A stretch of DNA of 56,993 bases from positions 1-56,993 of the IMG/VR virus record IMGVR_UViG_3300030389_002895; one strand, 5' to 3'. Every line of letters starts with the position of its first letter. Position 1 is the first letter of the stretch. Position numbers and translations under genes: made by a program. This document shows, one piece after another, positions 9,272 through 19,344 of this stretch. This stretch comes from a virus (taxonomy: Duplodnaviria; Caudoviricetes). Under the pieces are notes generated by a model. It ran no database searches and had not been told where the DNA came from. It was given only the letters and a program-made list of their open reading frames with translations.

Positions 9272-10183
9272 TTAAGCTGCACCAGGTGAGCCAAAAATAC
9301 CTCTAGGATCGGAGAATCCAAATGAATATCTCTCTCTTGCTTTAAATCTTACATTACCAGTATCAAAGTCTCCTTCAATTGCTGTTTTAATTGGTGCTCT
9401 AACAAATTGTTTTAGTCCGTTTGGAGCATCAGTCATAATGAAGAAAGCATCAGTATCAGTTAAATAATGATTTATTCTATAACCTTGTGGAATCATTCCC
9501 ATTGAAGCCATAGCATTAATATCATTGTCAGCTGTACCTACTCTTTGTGGAGATCTTAAAATTCTCTCAGCTGTAAATTGTAATTCTTTTGGAATTATCA
9601 TCTTTACACCTTGCATTGCAATTTTAAGTCCTCTCTCATCTACGAAAGCAGAAATATCAATTAATGATTGCTCAAGAGATGTTTCGGATAAGTCAGCAGC
9701 TGTTGCTAGTTCGTTAGCAAAAGTGCCTCCGCTTGATAGTGGATGTTGGTCGTGACATAAAGCAACACCATCTCCACCTGCGAAATTATTATCAAAAGCA
9801 TTGTTTAACACGTTAGCAGCTTTTACTTGCTTAGTGTTTGCCATTGATCTAGCTAATGCTCTAGTATAACGACCTGCTAATCTATCGTACAGATTATCTT
9901 CAATTGCTTCTTCAGTGATAGCAAATGCCATAGCAATAGTCTCATGTGTATACCTTGCGGTAAATGATTCATTTGCTTGGTCAAAGGTTACTGCTGCACC
10001 CTCAGTCTTTGTAGGTGCTGAACCAAAACCTGTTAGCATTACTTCTTCTTCAAAAGCTCTGTCTGATGCTTCTGCAGTAAAGATTTCTGCATGTTCGTTT
10101 TCATATCTTGCATATTCTAAGCCAAAGAGAGCATTCAAACCAGGCTCTAATTCTTTGACAAGTTGTGATCTTGAAATAGCCAT
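9272..10183 (-). CDS. Major capsid protein
   Basis: MAISRSQLVKELEPGL...ITEEAIEDNLY...RERYSFG motifs; follows scaffold and ends in a terminator. Confidence 0.9.
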   Translation of the reverse strand: MAISRSQLVKELEPGLNALFGLEYARYENEHAEIFTAEASDRAFEEEVMLTGFGSAPTKTEGAAVTFDQANESFTARYTHETIAMAFAITEEAIEDNLYDRLAGRYTRALARSMANTKQVKAANVLNNAFDNNFAGGDGVALCHDQHPLSSGGTFANELATAADLSETSLEQSLIDISAFVDERGLKIAMQGVKMIIPKELQFTAERILRSPQRVGTADNDINAMASMGMIPQGYRINHYLTDTDAFFIMTDAPNGLKQFVRAPIKTAIEGDFDTGNVRFKARERYSFGFSDPRGIFGSPGAA

Positions 10184-10195
10184 AATTTACCCCCT

Positions 10196-10786
10196 TTAAC
10201 CTGCTATACCAGTGGTTGCAGTCTTGTAGTAATGATTATTTATACGAACTAAAACATTGGTATTAGCTACTGAAGAATCAGAATTGTTTACATCTTGACT
10301 AATATCAATAACTTGTACCGGTAAAGCTGCGGTAGTAGCTTTTGTGGAATGGTCAAGTTCAACTTGAGATATTCCAGTTGTAGTACTACCACTACCAGTT
10401 ACATTAAAGTTTGCAAAAATATCAGCTACAGGAAAAGCCCCATCACTGTTCATTAAAAAAATTGTCATTGGATCATCAATAACGTTAGCAATAATATCTG
10501 AAGCAGCTGTGCTTGCAGGATAAAAATTACTAAAAGTTGGTTTGTTTGTTGTTGGATCAGTAAAAAAACATCCGTTAAACACACCGACAACTGCGTCACC
10601 CCCACTATTACTTGTAGGATCAAATCTTTGAATACCTCCAGTAGTGACTGGGATTACCAAATCACCTTGAAAAATATTCACCGCATAACCTGACGCAATT
10701 CGGTATCTATTCTGGGCATTATTCCACGGAGCACCACTCAACGATCTGTATGGTCTAAGACCAAATTTATCTGCTACGTTTGCCAT
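10196..10786 (-). CDS. Capsid-associated structural protein
   Basis: MAN...FGLRP, IFQGD, VGVFNGC motifs; directly upstream of MCP. Confidence 0.65.
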   Translation of the reverse strand: MANVADKFGLRPYRSLSGAPWNNAQNRYRIASGYAVNIFQGDLVIPVTTGGIQRFDPTSNSGGDAVVGVFNGCFFTDPTTNKPTFSNFYPASTAASDIIANVIDDPMTIFLMNSDGAFPVADIFANFNVTGSGSTTTGISQVELDHSTKATTAALPVQVIDISQDVNNSDSSVANTNVLVRINNHYYKTATTGIAG

Positions 10787-10829
10787 AATAAAACTCCTTT
10801 ATTGGCGTTAAAAATACGATGGTATTCAG

Positions 10830-11294
10830 TTAAGACTTTCTACCACCACCAAAAGATACACGAGTCTGTCTGTCAATATTGACAGGCATCTCTGGTCGTT
10901 GTTCCCTAAGAATGTCATTGTCAACGGCTTTAACTTGATCAGCTGTTATTTTTCTAAAATACTCTCTGCGTTCCATAACTACTTCTTCGGGTATCCTTGC
11001 CAACACAAGGCCACCAACCCCGATTAACCCCTGATATTGACCTTCTTGTATCACTGGATAATCATGATCGCCAAGCTGATTTTTAACTTCTTCAGCTCTG
11101 ACGAACTCCCAACCTTCTCTTAGTTTTTTAGATACGTTACCCGTATCCATAAAACCAACACTTTCGGTTCTTATCCAACGATGCTTAAAGCCTTGTGGTG
11201 CAGGCGGTGCATCCAGACTTGACGGAGGAGTCCAAGATTTTTTTCTTTCCACTCTTTCACTTGAACTGCGTAAAGTTCTATTCTTTTTTTCCAT
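10830..11294 (-). CDS. Conserved head-module protein
   Basis: W.PPSSLDAP..PQGF.HRWIR, REGWEFV, VGGL.LARIP motifs. Confidence 0.7.
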   Translation of the reverse strand: MEKKNRTLRSSSERVERKKSWTPPSSLDAPPAPQGFKHRWIRTESVGFMDTGNVSKKLREGWEFVRAEEVKNQLGDHDYPVIQEGQYQGLIGVGGLVLARIPEEVVMERREYFRKITADQVKAVDNDILREQRPEMPVNIDRQTRVSFGGGRKS

Positions 11295-11298
11295 AATA

Positions 11299-12213
11299 CT
11301 AATTCTCCTTTACGTGTTTTGCGTATTCTTCTAATGGCACCCCTAATCTTCTTGCAATAGCTTGCTGTGACTTGGTGAGTTTCACAGTTCTGCGACCCTG
11401 TTGTTTACGCCCTGCAGAGGCGACAGTTTGGATCGGTCTTTCACTGGCGAACTTATTAGGAAAATACCCTCTAAGTTTGTTATCTATTTCAGTATAGTAC
11501 TCATCGGACTCTGGGTCAAACCCCTGAGTGACTAAATCTTCATGAATTGCGAAAGCAGCATTTGTCATAACCTTGTCTTTTTGAAACCAGTCGTTTCTTG
11601 ACATCCAGTCTTTTGTTTTTTCACTAACAACTGGTTGTTGAGGTTGAGGCATAGCTTGTTCTTGTTCTGCTGCCGTTTTTTCTTGTGCTGCTTCTTCTTC
11701 TAACTGTAATTTTCGTACTCTTGCTTTTTCTTTCTCTACTGCCAAGGATGATAGTTTTTGATTAGCTTCTGCTATTTTATCTGTATCTTGGCTATCAAGA
11801 GCATTCTTAAGAAATGCTTTCGTTTGATTAGTTTCTATATCAACTCTTGCTTCATATTCATCTACAAAATTTTTATCTGTAGATTTTAATTCTTCCATAG
11901 TTTTTGAATATTTAGATTGCACCCCTTTTGCATAATCTAGAGCTGCTTTTTCTTTTCTTTCAGCCTCTCTTAATTTTCTTGTAAGTTGATTAATTCTCTT
12001 TTGCACTCCTTGAGAATATTCTTGTAGATCATCTTGTTTAGTTTCTGTTTTAACTACTTCAGCTTTTTCATCAGCTTTAATAGGATCTGTATAACCTAAA
12101 TCGACTGATTCAACTTTTGGCTCTGTGTCCTCTTGAGATTTTGATTCTGCAACTTGCACTTCTTGTTCTTGAAAACCATCAGTGTCTAGTTCTACTTGTT
12201 GTTGTTCTGCCAT
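11299..12213 (-). CDS. Putative capsid scaffolding protein
   Basis: Acidic coiled-coil (YS.GVQKRI) with C-terminal IA.RLGVPLEEYAK; between portal and MCP. Confidence 0.7.
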   Translation of the reverse strand: MAEQQQVELDTDGFQEQEVQVAESKSQEDTEPKVESVDLGYTDPIKADEKAEVVKTETKQDDLQEYSQGVQKRINQLTRKLREAERKEKAALDYAKGVQSKYSKTMEELKSTDKNFVDEYEARVDIETNQTKAFLKNALDSQDTDKIAEANQKLSSLAVEKEKARVRKLQLEEEAAQEKTAAEQEQAMPQPQQPVVSEKTKDWMSRNDWFQKDKVMTNAAFAIHEDLVTQGFDPESDEYYTEIDNKLRGYFPNKFASERPIQTVASAGRKQQGRRTVKLTKSQQAIARRLGVPLEEYAKHVKEN

Positions 12214-12222
12214 AACTACTCC

Positions 12223-12630
12223 TTAAAATAGTGCGAGGATGTCCTCGGGTTTTTTTATTGTTGCTATAATTTCATCATCGTTTAATATACGATGCTCTCC
12301 ATAGTTTGTTTTGAATCTTGCTCCTGCATACCTTCCATAAATTACAAACTGTCCTTCTTTGCACCATGGTCCTTCTGGAAACTTATCTTTGTCTTTATAA
12401 CAAAGCTCTCCCATCTTTACCACTAATCCAACTACAGTTGTAATCTCTTTTGTTTCTTGAGTCTTGTCTGTAAGTATAATACCGCCATCAGTTTTTGCTT
12501 TACCTGTCCATGGTCGAACAAGTATTCTATAGCCAACTGGGTCTGGCACTGTGTCTAAATATTTTTTTGTTTCTTCTTTACCTTGAGGGACTTTTACTTC
12601 TGATCTTCTTTTTAAGTTTAACATAGTCAT
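12223..12630 (-). CDS. groES: Co-chaperonin GroES (Cpn10) homologue
   Basis: P.GYRILV, T.GGIIL, V..GRYAG, RILNDDEI.A motifs. Confidence 0.88.
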   Translation of the reverse strand: MTMLNLKRRSEVKVPQGKEETKKYLDTVPDPVGYRILVRPWTGKAKTDGGIILTDKTQETKEITTVVGLVVKMGELCYKDKDKFPEGPWCKEGQFVIYGRYAGARFKTNYGEHRILNDDEIIATIKKPEDILALF

Positions 12631-12815
12631 AAATTTTCTTCCTTTTTTAGCAGGTCATTAATATCCTGAAGCAATGTTTCTAACGCATTGATCTTACCTC
12701 TAGCATATTGCAAGTTCTCCATTGTGTCTACACCATAAATGCAATCTTCTTTATATCTTGATATGCTATCTTTAATTTTAGATCTTAAAACTTGTAAAGT
12801 ATCAATATCGTACAT
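12627..12815 (-). CDS. Hypothetical protein
   Basis: 62 aa ORF coupled to neighbours. Confidence 0.65.
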   Translation of the reverse strand: MYDIDTLQVLRSKIKDSISRYKEDCIYGVDTMENLQYARGKINALETLLQDINDLLKKEENL

Positions 12816-13020
12816 TATTAAATATATTTAAATTACGAAAAAGCCATCTCCATATTGAAGAACGTACCACAGATACAACTGTAAATATCAATGCAATACC
12901 TAAACTATCAAGCATAGATGGATAAAGATCAAATAAAGGAAAGATAAAAATTTGTATTAAGATAGCTAACAAAAAACCACTACCTACATCAATTATACTT
13001 TGAGCAAAATCTTTTTTCAT
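12802..13020 (-). CDS. Small two-TM membrane protein
   Basis: Two hydrophobic segments; adjacent to holin. Confidence 0.65.
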   Translation of the reverse strand: MKKDFAQSIIDVGSGFLLAILIQIFIFPLFDLYPSMLDSLGIALIFTVVSVVRSSIWRWLFRNLNIFNNVRY

Positions 13021-13406
13021 TTCTTTAGTATCTTTGTATCAGTTTTTTTCAACTTGTCAAACGATCTGAGGCCTCCGAGGCCTAGGAGGCCGAGCAAAAG
13101 CGGCATCATGACCGACATATCAGCTTGAGGAATATTAATTCCAAACCCTGCACAAATCGGTGAAATCATATAATTAACCATTAAGGATATGCTACATACC
13201 CAACCTACAAGGGGTCGCCACGATGATTGAAACCAATTACCTTTTGCTTCTTCGGTGTTGAGTTTTATTTGAGCCAGAGCCAACTCTTGTGCATGTTTTT
13301 CTGCCATAGTCGATATTTCATGACTTAATTGAGCTGCTTTATCTTTATCTCTAACAAATTTTCCAATCAGTTTCGTTGCTGGTCCTATCAATGCAGTAAG
13401 TGCCAT
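13017..13406 (-). CDS. Holin (GTA 3TM-type)
   Basis: N.EEA...FQSSWRP.VGW...LGLGGLRSF.K motif. Confidence 0.85.
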   Translation of the reverse strand: MALTALIGPATKLIGKFVRDKDKAAQLSHEISTMAEKHAQELALAQIKLNTEEAKGNWFQSSWRPLVGWVCSISLMVNYMISPICAGFGINIPQADMSVMMPLLLGLLGLGGLRSFDKLKKTDTKILKK

Positions 13407-13618
13407 TATTTAACTCCTATAAATTTTTTACCTTTAATTTGAATATCTTTTATACCTTTTATGTCACTCATACCCACACCATTCTCTCTATGAGGACAAC
13501 CTGGTTTTTTTATCATTATCATAACACCAAGATTAAAACCAATACCTTGAGGTGTTGGTCCTTTTTTAGGTGGTGGTCCAAATTTTTTACCCTTCACTTT
13601 TAGCCTCTTCGTTTTCAA
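13406..13618 (-). CDS. Small basic protein
   Basis: GKKFGPPPKKGP.PQG motif; ends KGKKFIGVK; start uncertain. Confidence 0.65.
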   Translation of the reverse strand: MKTKRLKVKGKKFGPPPKKGPTPQGIGFNLGVMIMIKKPGCPHRENGVGMSDIKGIKDIQIKGKKFIGVK

Positions 13619-15974
13619 TTTTACGTTCTGTTAAATCTAACTTTTCATCAGCCACTCTTATTCTTTCTTGTGAGGCTGCTTCATTATCTTCTCTAATCAT
13701 TTTATCTAAATCTAATCTTTTTTCAAACTCATCCATTTTTCTCATTAGATCAGCATTATTTTGAGCAGCTCTGTTTTGAACATCCATTGCTTTGATATCT
13801 AATTCTCTACCTTTAAGTGCTACTAATGGATCTGGCTTAGTTCCACCTTGCTCCCCTTCTGTAAATAAGTTAGTTAGGACTGCAATTTGTTCTGCTATCA
13901 TACTTTCTGTTTCTGCTAAATAAGATTGTGGATCTCTTTGTTCTAGTGCAACTAAATCTGGTCTATTTGTTTTAACTTCAATTAAAACTTGTGCTCTAGC
14001 TTTATAACTTATGTGTTCTTGAACATGTGCTGTTAATAATGCGTGCACCATAGGATTAGCTTGTACCATTCTAGTCTTCATAAAAGCCACGTGTGATGCG
14101 ATATGTGCATCATGGTTTTGAAAATAAAAAGCAGTAGGTATTTCCATACGTAAAGCACCAGCATTTTCTACTCCAGGGTCTCTAGGTGTAGGTTTTACCT
14201 CTGGTTTTAGTAATTTATCAATTTCTTTTGTGCCCATAGCTTCATAAACACGTCTGTAAGCTTCTCTTATATTGTGAAGTTGTGGATTTGACTGTGCAAC
14301 TTGTAATTGTTGGCTTGCAAGAGTAATTCTTTGCGATAAACTAAAAATATTTGGGTCTGCAACTGGTATAATGTCAACTTCGGGACCAAAATCAGCTGCT
14401 TTTATTGTATTATCAGCACCAACTACTTGATATGGGTACACTGGAGGCAAATAAGTGCCAAAAACTTTGGCTAAAAGCTTAAATTCTAACCTCATCGCAT
14501 AGTAACAACGCTTATGAATAGCGGACATCACCCTAGAACCACGTTCTAAAAGTGCTAATGTGGTGCCAACAGCTCTATTTTGCTTATCTTCACCTGTTTG
14601 CATGTCCATAACACCAGCAAATTTTTGACCAGCTTGTACAACAAAGCCTAAAAGTTGAAATAATGTGTTACTTGGCTCTTTAAATGGTAACATCATAAAC
14701 TGATCTTTTATGTTTCCACCTGGTGCGTCAACATCTCTAAACTCTCCGGGTTGAAATGGTTGTTCATCATCACGAACACGTATACCTCTTGACTTAAAAC
14801 CAGCAGGTAAGTTTGATAATGTACCTGCATCTAGTAATTGTCTTAATGCAGCGGTTGCTGATTTTGATAAACCACCAATCATGTGTATTAAACCAAACCC
14901 ATAAAAACCCAAACCAGGTAAAAACTTATAATGAACAAAATAATCTATTCTTTTCATTAATTGATCATCAGGTCTGTAGTTTCTATAAATAGAAAGTATC
15001 TCTTGTGATCCTTCGTCTATAGTAACTATGTGTGGAACTTTAATATTTTTTTCATCATTATCTATATCTTCAAACTCTTCCAAATCTAAATCAACGTGCA
15101 TCTCTAAAATATTTAATTGGTAGTCAGTTGAGTTATCTGCTTCAGTAACTCCTTCTAGTTCATTATACTTATCTTGCACTTCATCATTTTTTGCTAGACT
15201 AGGAAGTATGTCTACATCTCTATAAAAACCAGCTTGTTGTTTTTTTAGCACTTCATTTTCTGACATTTTTATAACATGTGTTATTCTTTCACAATCTTTT
15301 AAATCTGTTGCATAATAAGGAACCACTAAATCTTCAGCAGGTATAAATTTTGATACAGCTCTTTGCATCACTTCATCATAATAAACTTTTTTAAAAGAAG
15401 AGCCTGCAAGAGGTAGATAAAATAAAAGTTGATCAAAGTCTGGTGTATACTCTTCCATTTCTTCAGTCAACATATAGTTCATAAACTCTTTTACTCTTTG
15501 AGCTTGTGCTTCTTTTTGCTCATCATCAGCCCCCACTACTTGAGTTCTTACTGGACCTTGAGCAGGTAAAAGTTCTTTATATGCTTGTGCTTGAAACTGC
15601 GTTACAGATTCTGCAAGTAAAGGATGAGTTACAGAGGATGCTCCAGAAAATGGTCTTGACTCATCAGTATATTTAAAACCTAATAAATCTAATCCTGATA
15701 TATAACCTTTTTCCCAATCACTTCTTGAGTCTCTATCTTTTCTGTAATCAGCAATAAGACCAGAGGCTAATCTTCCCAAAATAGTTTCATCCATATCTTC
15801 TGCGAGATTACCAAAAAAATCTTGACCCTGTTCTTCAAGTAAAGGCTCTTCTTCTCCCTCACGTATTATATCTATATCTATTTCTTCAGATCCAGGTAAC
15901 TGTTCAGGTAAACCTTCAGGCTCTTCAGTTACTGTTGTTTCTTCTATGTCTTGTTCTGTTACTTCATCTACCAT
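13587..15974 (-). CDS. Portal protein
   Basis: 795 aa; HPLLAE..TQFQA, LPLAGS.FKKVYYD, FLPGLGFYGFGLIH motifs; downstream of terL. Confidence 0.88.
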   Translation of the reverse strand: MVDEVTEQDIEETTVTEEPEGLPEQLPGSEEIDIDIIREGEEEPLLEEQGQDFFGNLAEDMDETILGRLASGLIADYRKDRDSRSDWEKGYISGLDLLGFKYTDESRPFSGASSVTHPLLAESVTQFQAQAYKELLPAQGPVRTQVVGADDEQKEAQAQRVKEFMNYMLTEEMEEYTPDFDQLLFYLPLAGSSFKKVYYDEVMQRAVSKFIPAEDLVVPYYATDLKDCERITHVIKMSENEVLKKQQAGFYRDVDILPSLAKNDEVQDKYNELEGVTEADNSTDYQLNILEMHVDLDLEEFEDIDNDEKNIKVPHIVTIDEGSQEILSIYRNYRPDDQLMKRIDYFVHYKFLPGLGFYGFGLIHMIGGLSKSATAALRQLLDAGTLSNLPAGFKSRGIRVRDDEQPFQPGEFRDVDAPGGNIKDQFMMLPFKEPSNTLFQLLGFVVQAGQKFAGVMDMQTGEDKQNRAVGTTLALLERGSRVMSAIHKRCYYAMRLEFKLLAKVFGTYLPPVYPYQVVGADNTIKAADFGPEVDIIPVADPNIFSLSQRITLASQQLQVAQSNPQLHNIREAYRRVYEAMGTKEIDKLLKPEVKPTPRDPGVENAGALRMEIPTAFYFQNHDAHIASHVAFMKTRMVQANPMVHALLTAHVQEHISYKARAQVLIEVKTNRPDLVALEQRDPQSYLAETESMIAEQIAVLTNLFTEGEQGGTKPDPLVALKGRELDIKAMDVQNRAAQNNADLMRKMDEFEKRLDLDKMIREDNEAASQERIRVADEKLDLTERKIENEEAKSEG

Positions 15975-15975
15975 A

Positions 15976-16269
15976 TCATGATAACCTTGTTTTTTTATTT
16001 TTAATTTCTTTTTTAGGTGGACACACTACAAACTTTCCAGTTTTTGCTCCTACTGTCTCTTTAGCTTTTTTTCTTACTGCCCTTGATATTGAACCACCAG
16101 GTATTGGATACATAGGACCTTTTTGTAAATCAGATATTCGTAACTTTCTATTTCTAGATTCAACTCCTGATAACATATCAGGTGCAGATATTTTAGGGAG
16201 CTTTTTTTTCTTAAGCAGCTCCTGTGCAAGTGATAATCTAGCTAAGTTTTTTTGAACTTTTTTTGACAT
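15976..16269 (-). CDS. Small basic protein
   Basis: 97 aa Lys-rich ORF. Confidence 0.6.
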   Translation of the reverse strand: MSKKVQKNLARLSLAQELLKKKKLPKISAPDMLSGVESRNRKLRISDLQKGPMYPIPGGSISRAVRKKAKETVGAKTGKFVVCPPKKEIKNKKTRLS

Positions 16270-16278
16270 ATGTAAATA

Positions 16279-19221
16279 CTACCATTTAAATAGATTAACT
16301 GCTAGTCCCCCTCTTTTATAAGTCTTGATAGGCATTTTAGCAAAGCCAGGTTTTATTTTTATTGCAAAAACTGTAAAGTAATCATCTGGCTCGTGAAGGA
16401 CTGTTTCACCTCTTTTTTTTCTAATAACCATTTGTGCGTTATCTCTTAAATTACCTTGCTCACCACCAAAATGACCGCCTTTATAAGGCAAGTTTTTCAA
16501 ATTATCAACTCCTAAATTTCTTAACTCCTCTTGAGTCATAGAACCAACATGCTCTTTAAAATCTGTTTCTTTGCCTGTTAGTTTATCAATAGTTTTTTGT
16601 TCTTTGTTTGCAATAAATTTAACTTCATCATTAGGATTAGATTTATACACCCTCACTTGTCTAACTTCTGTGCCGTGTTCTTCTGCAAACTTTTTTAAGA
16701 AACTAGGAAGAGTTGCACCTTGTGCACTTGCTGGTCTACTTAAAGTTCTAGTTTGCCCTTGTTGAGAACTGTTGCTTGATAAGTTAAAAAAGTCTGTTGC
16801 TCTACCCCCTTTTCTTAAATCTCCTCTACCTGCAGCATTACCATAAAATTCTAAATTGCCAAGTAAATTAGCTCCAGTTCTTGTATGATGTCCAACTTCA
16901 TAAGGAACAATACCAACCCATTGAACATCTTCTCTAGCTGCTTTTTTAATTAAATGTTTTAAAACTAAAGGACCCCATACTTCTTTATCCATTAATGGAA
17001 CATAGTCTACTTCAGTCATTTGTCTTTGTGTGTTTTGTGTAGGAATTAGTTCTCGTAAAGTATTAAATCTTTCTGAAAGTTTTTGAAAGTTTTTAATATC
17101 TTCTGGAGTTCTTGATAAACCTTTATCTACGTTTTCTCTCATTTCCTCTACTAAAGTAAGAAGTCTGTCATTGTAAGTAGCAGAAGTAATGGTGTTTAAG
17201 TTAAACATATTTTTACGCATTTCTTCTTCTTTAAAAACATATCTATCACCAAAATCTTTGCTAGGTTTTGTATACAAATCTGCATATGCTGTAGGAGACA
17301 TGTTAGATAATTCTTGATCTAATTTGGTATCACCTATTCTAGGTGCTCCACTTGCAGTGGTTTGTAAATCTCTTAATTGTCTATAATGAGCTCTAGCTAA
17401 TTTTTGTTTTCTTTCCTTAAATTTTTTTTGAGCTCCTTGTTGTTTATCACTTTGTGCTTCATCTAATAACATTATTTTAGGATGTTCTGTTCCTGCAGGT
17501 TTATTTGATAAAGGAGCTTCGTGATCTACCGCATCTACAAATCTTGTGTGATAACGGACATGAGCAATTTGTGCATTTTCTGTTTTTCCATCAGGTCCTT
17601 TTAAAAAATGCCTTGGACTCATTCTCATACTACCTGGTAATGTTTTTAAACCTTTTTCATTTATAACTAATGTGTCTTCTTCATATTTAAATCCACCTAA
17701 AGTTCTGTACACTCTATCTAATGGATACTGTGTTACTGAAGATGTTCTTTTCCCTAATCCCCCTGTCAAAGGATTTAAAATATTTGTAGCTGTGTCATCT
17801 CTGTCAAAAACATCTTTTGCAGGAGACAAATTGTGAAAATTCATATGGACACCTTCTGCAATTTTTAAACTGTTTATTTGTTCTTTTGGTCCAACTTCTT
17901 TTAACAGTTCTACAAACTTATCGTTTTTAGGACTTCTAAATTCTGGCTTACTTAGTTGTTTAATTGCGTCTTCTGCAAATAAATAAAAAGGTATGTGGTG
18001 ATTAATATTATTCCAACTATTAGGTACTTTTGGATCATGGTTTGTTGCTGCTTCACTCATATGTTTTATACCAACAGGTCCTATCATTTCTTGATGCTTA
18101 CCTATAGCTTTACTTTGTTGTAACGCCTGGTGCATTAATCTTATGTATTTATATCTTTCTCTATCAACAGGATTTGCTGCATTGTCTTCTAAGTCAATTA
18201 AACGAGCAAGTTTTGTTGTTAATATTCCATCTGGATCTTTTTTCGCACCAATATTTGCATCTGCTTTAAAAACATCATCTAAAAAATTAGCTGCATTTTT
18301 ATGATGTATGTTGTTATAGTATTTAACAAAATTTGAAGAATAACTTACAACACTAATATTATTTGCGGGTGCTTTTTGTATCAACTCCATTAAAGTAACA
18401 GGATCAACTTTTATTTCTCCTGCCTCACCACCTAATTTATTTATATCATCTATGTATTTTAAATATCCGCCAACCAGTTTTACTTCTCTATCAAAGATTG
18501 TTTTTTCTTCATCTATAATTTTATTGTATCTTCTTTCTCTTTCTATACCTTGTCTATCTAAAAATTTTTCCTTTAGGATGGGTAAAGTTTTATCATCCTT
18601 ATCTAATATTTTTTTACCTTTTATGGTCTTAGTTCTTGTTGTTGGCGTAATTCTAAACTCAGCAATATTAGCGTCTTTAAGTTCATCAAGCGTGACTCTT
18701 GCTTTTACTCTATTGCCATCTGCTAAATACGTAATTTCTTTAGGAGCCTTAGATGTAAAATAGTCAACCCAAAAACTAACTGGCATGGGTTTGATACCTT
18801 TGTAGTCTACAGCTAAATGATTAAATAAAGCAGACCCACCAGGTAAGTCAGCAGTATCAACTTGTCCTCCAAGCGTGAAAGGATTTTCTCGTTCTGCCTT
18901 AGCCATCTTTTCTTTATACTCTAAATTTGCTTTTCTAATTTGTTCGGCAATGCTTTGTGTTTTTACAACTTCTGGATCTACAGGAATATCTGTAGTAACA
19001 AGTTCTTTACTTGCACTAACTCTTTCTTCTGGTCTTGTGTAAGGTATTTGCAGGGCATCTGGATCTCTTGGTCTTGTAACAGATTTAAAATCTTCTACAT
19101 AATTTTTTACAAACTTTCCTATTGGCTTTCTAAAAATTATAGAAGCACCGACAGAACCTAATCCTGCTAAAGCACCCAGTCCTAAACCAGAACCTTCTTC
19201 TTCCTCAATATAATCACTCAT
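16279..19221 (-). CDS. Large protein of unknown function, probably virion-packaged
   Basis: 980 aa ORF between terL and portal; HVR...LDEAQSD motif; C-terminal YKRGG. Confidence 0.7.
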   Translation of the reverse strand: MSDYIEEEEGSGLGLGALAGLGSVGASIIFRKPIGKFVKNYVEDFKSVTRPRDPDALQIPYTRPEERVSASKELVTTDIPVDPEVVKTQSIAEQIRKANLEYKEKMAKAERENPFTLGGQVDTADLPGGSALFNHLAVDYKGIKPMPVSFWVDYFTSKAPKEITYLADGNRVKARVTLDELKDANIAEFRITPTTRTKTIKGKKILDKDDKTLPILKEKFLDRQGIERERRYNKIIDEEKTIFDREVKLVGGYLKYIDDINKLGGEAGEIKVDPVTLMELIQKAPANNISVVSYSSNFVKYYNNIHHKNAANFLDDVFKADANIGAKKDPDGILTTKLARLIDLEDNAANPVDRERYKYIRLMHQALQQSKAIGKHQEMIGPVGIKHMSEAATNHDPKVPNSWNNINHHIPFYLFAEDAIKQLSKPEFRSPKNDKFVELLKEVGPKEQINSLKIAEGVHMNFHNLSPAKDVFDRDDTATNILNPLTGGLGKRTSSVTQYPLDRVYRTLGGFKYEEDTLVINEKGLKTLPGSMRMSPRHFLKGPDGKTENAQIAHVRYHTRFVDAVDHEAPLSNKPAGTEHPKIMLLDEAQSDKQQGAQKKFKERKQKLARAHYRQLRDLQTTASGAPRIGDTKLDQELSNMSPTAYADLYTKPSKDFGDRYVFKEEEMRKNMFNLNTITSATYNDRLLTLVEEMRENVDKGLSRTPEDIKNFQKLSERFNTLRELIPTQNTQRQMTEVDYVPLMDKEVWGPLVLKHLIKKAAREDVQWVGIVPYEVGHHTRTGANLLGNLEFYGNAAGRGDLRKGGRATDFFNLSSNSSQQGQTRTLSRPASAQGATLPSFLKKFAEEHGTEVRQVRVYKSNPNDEVKFIANKEQKTIDKLTGKETDFKEHVGSMTQEELRNLGVDNLKNLPYKGGHFGGEQGNLRDNAQMVIRKKRGETVLHEPDDYFTVFAIKIKPGFAKMPIKTYKRGGLAVNLFKW

Positions 19222-19223
19222 AC

Positions 19224-19337
19224 TTAACCCTTTTTTGGTCTACCTCTTCCTCTTTTCTTTTTAGGAAGACACTCACATATTTTACCGAATAATCTTTTTT
19301 TAATTTTATTAAATATATTTTTGATTTTTTGTATCAT
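19224..19337 (-). CDS. 37-aa basic peptide with AT-hook-like RGRGRPKK
   Basis: Likely start ATG at 19337 with GAGG RBS, inside track ORF 19224-19412. Confidence 0.6.
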   Translation of the reverse strand: MIQKIKNIFNKIKKRLFGKICECLPKKKRGRGRPKKG

Positions 19338-19344
19338 ACAATCC

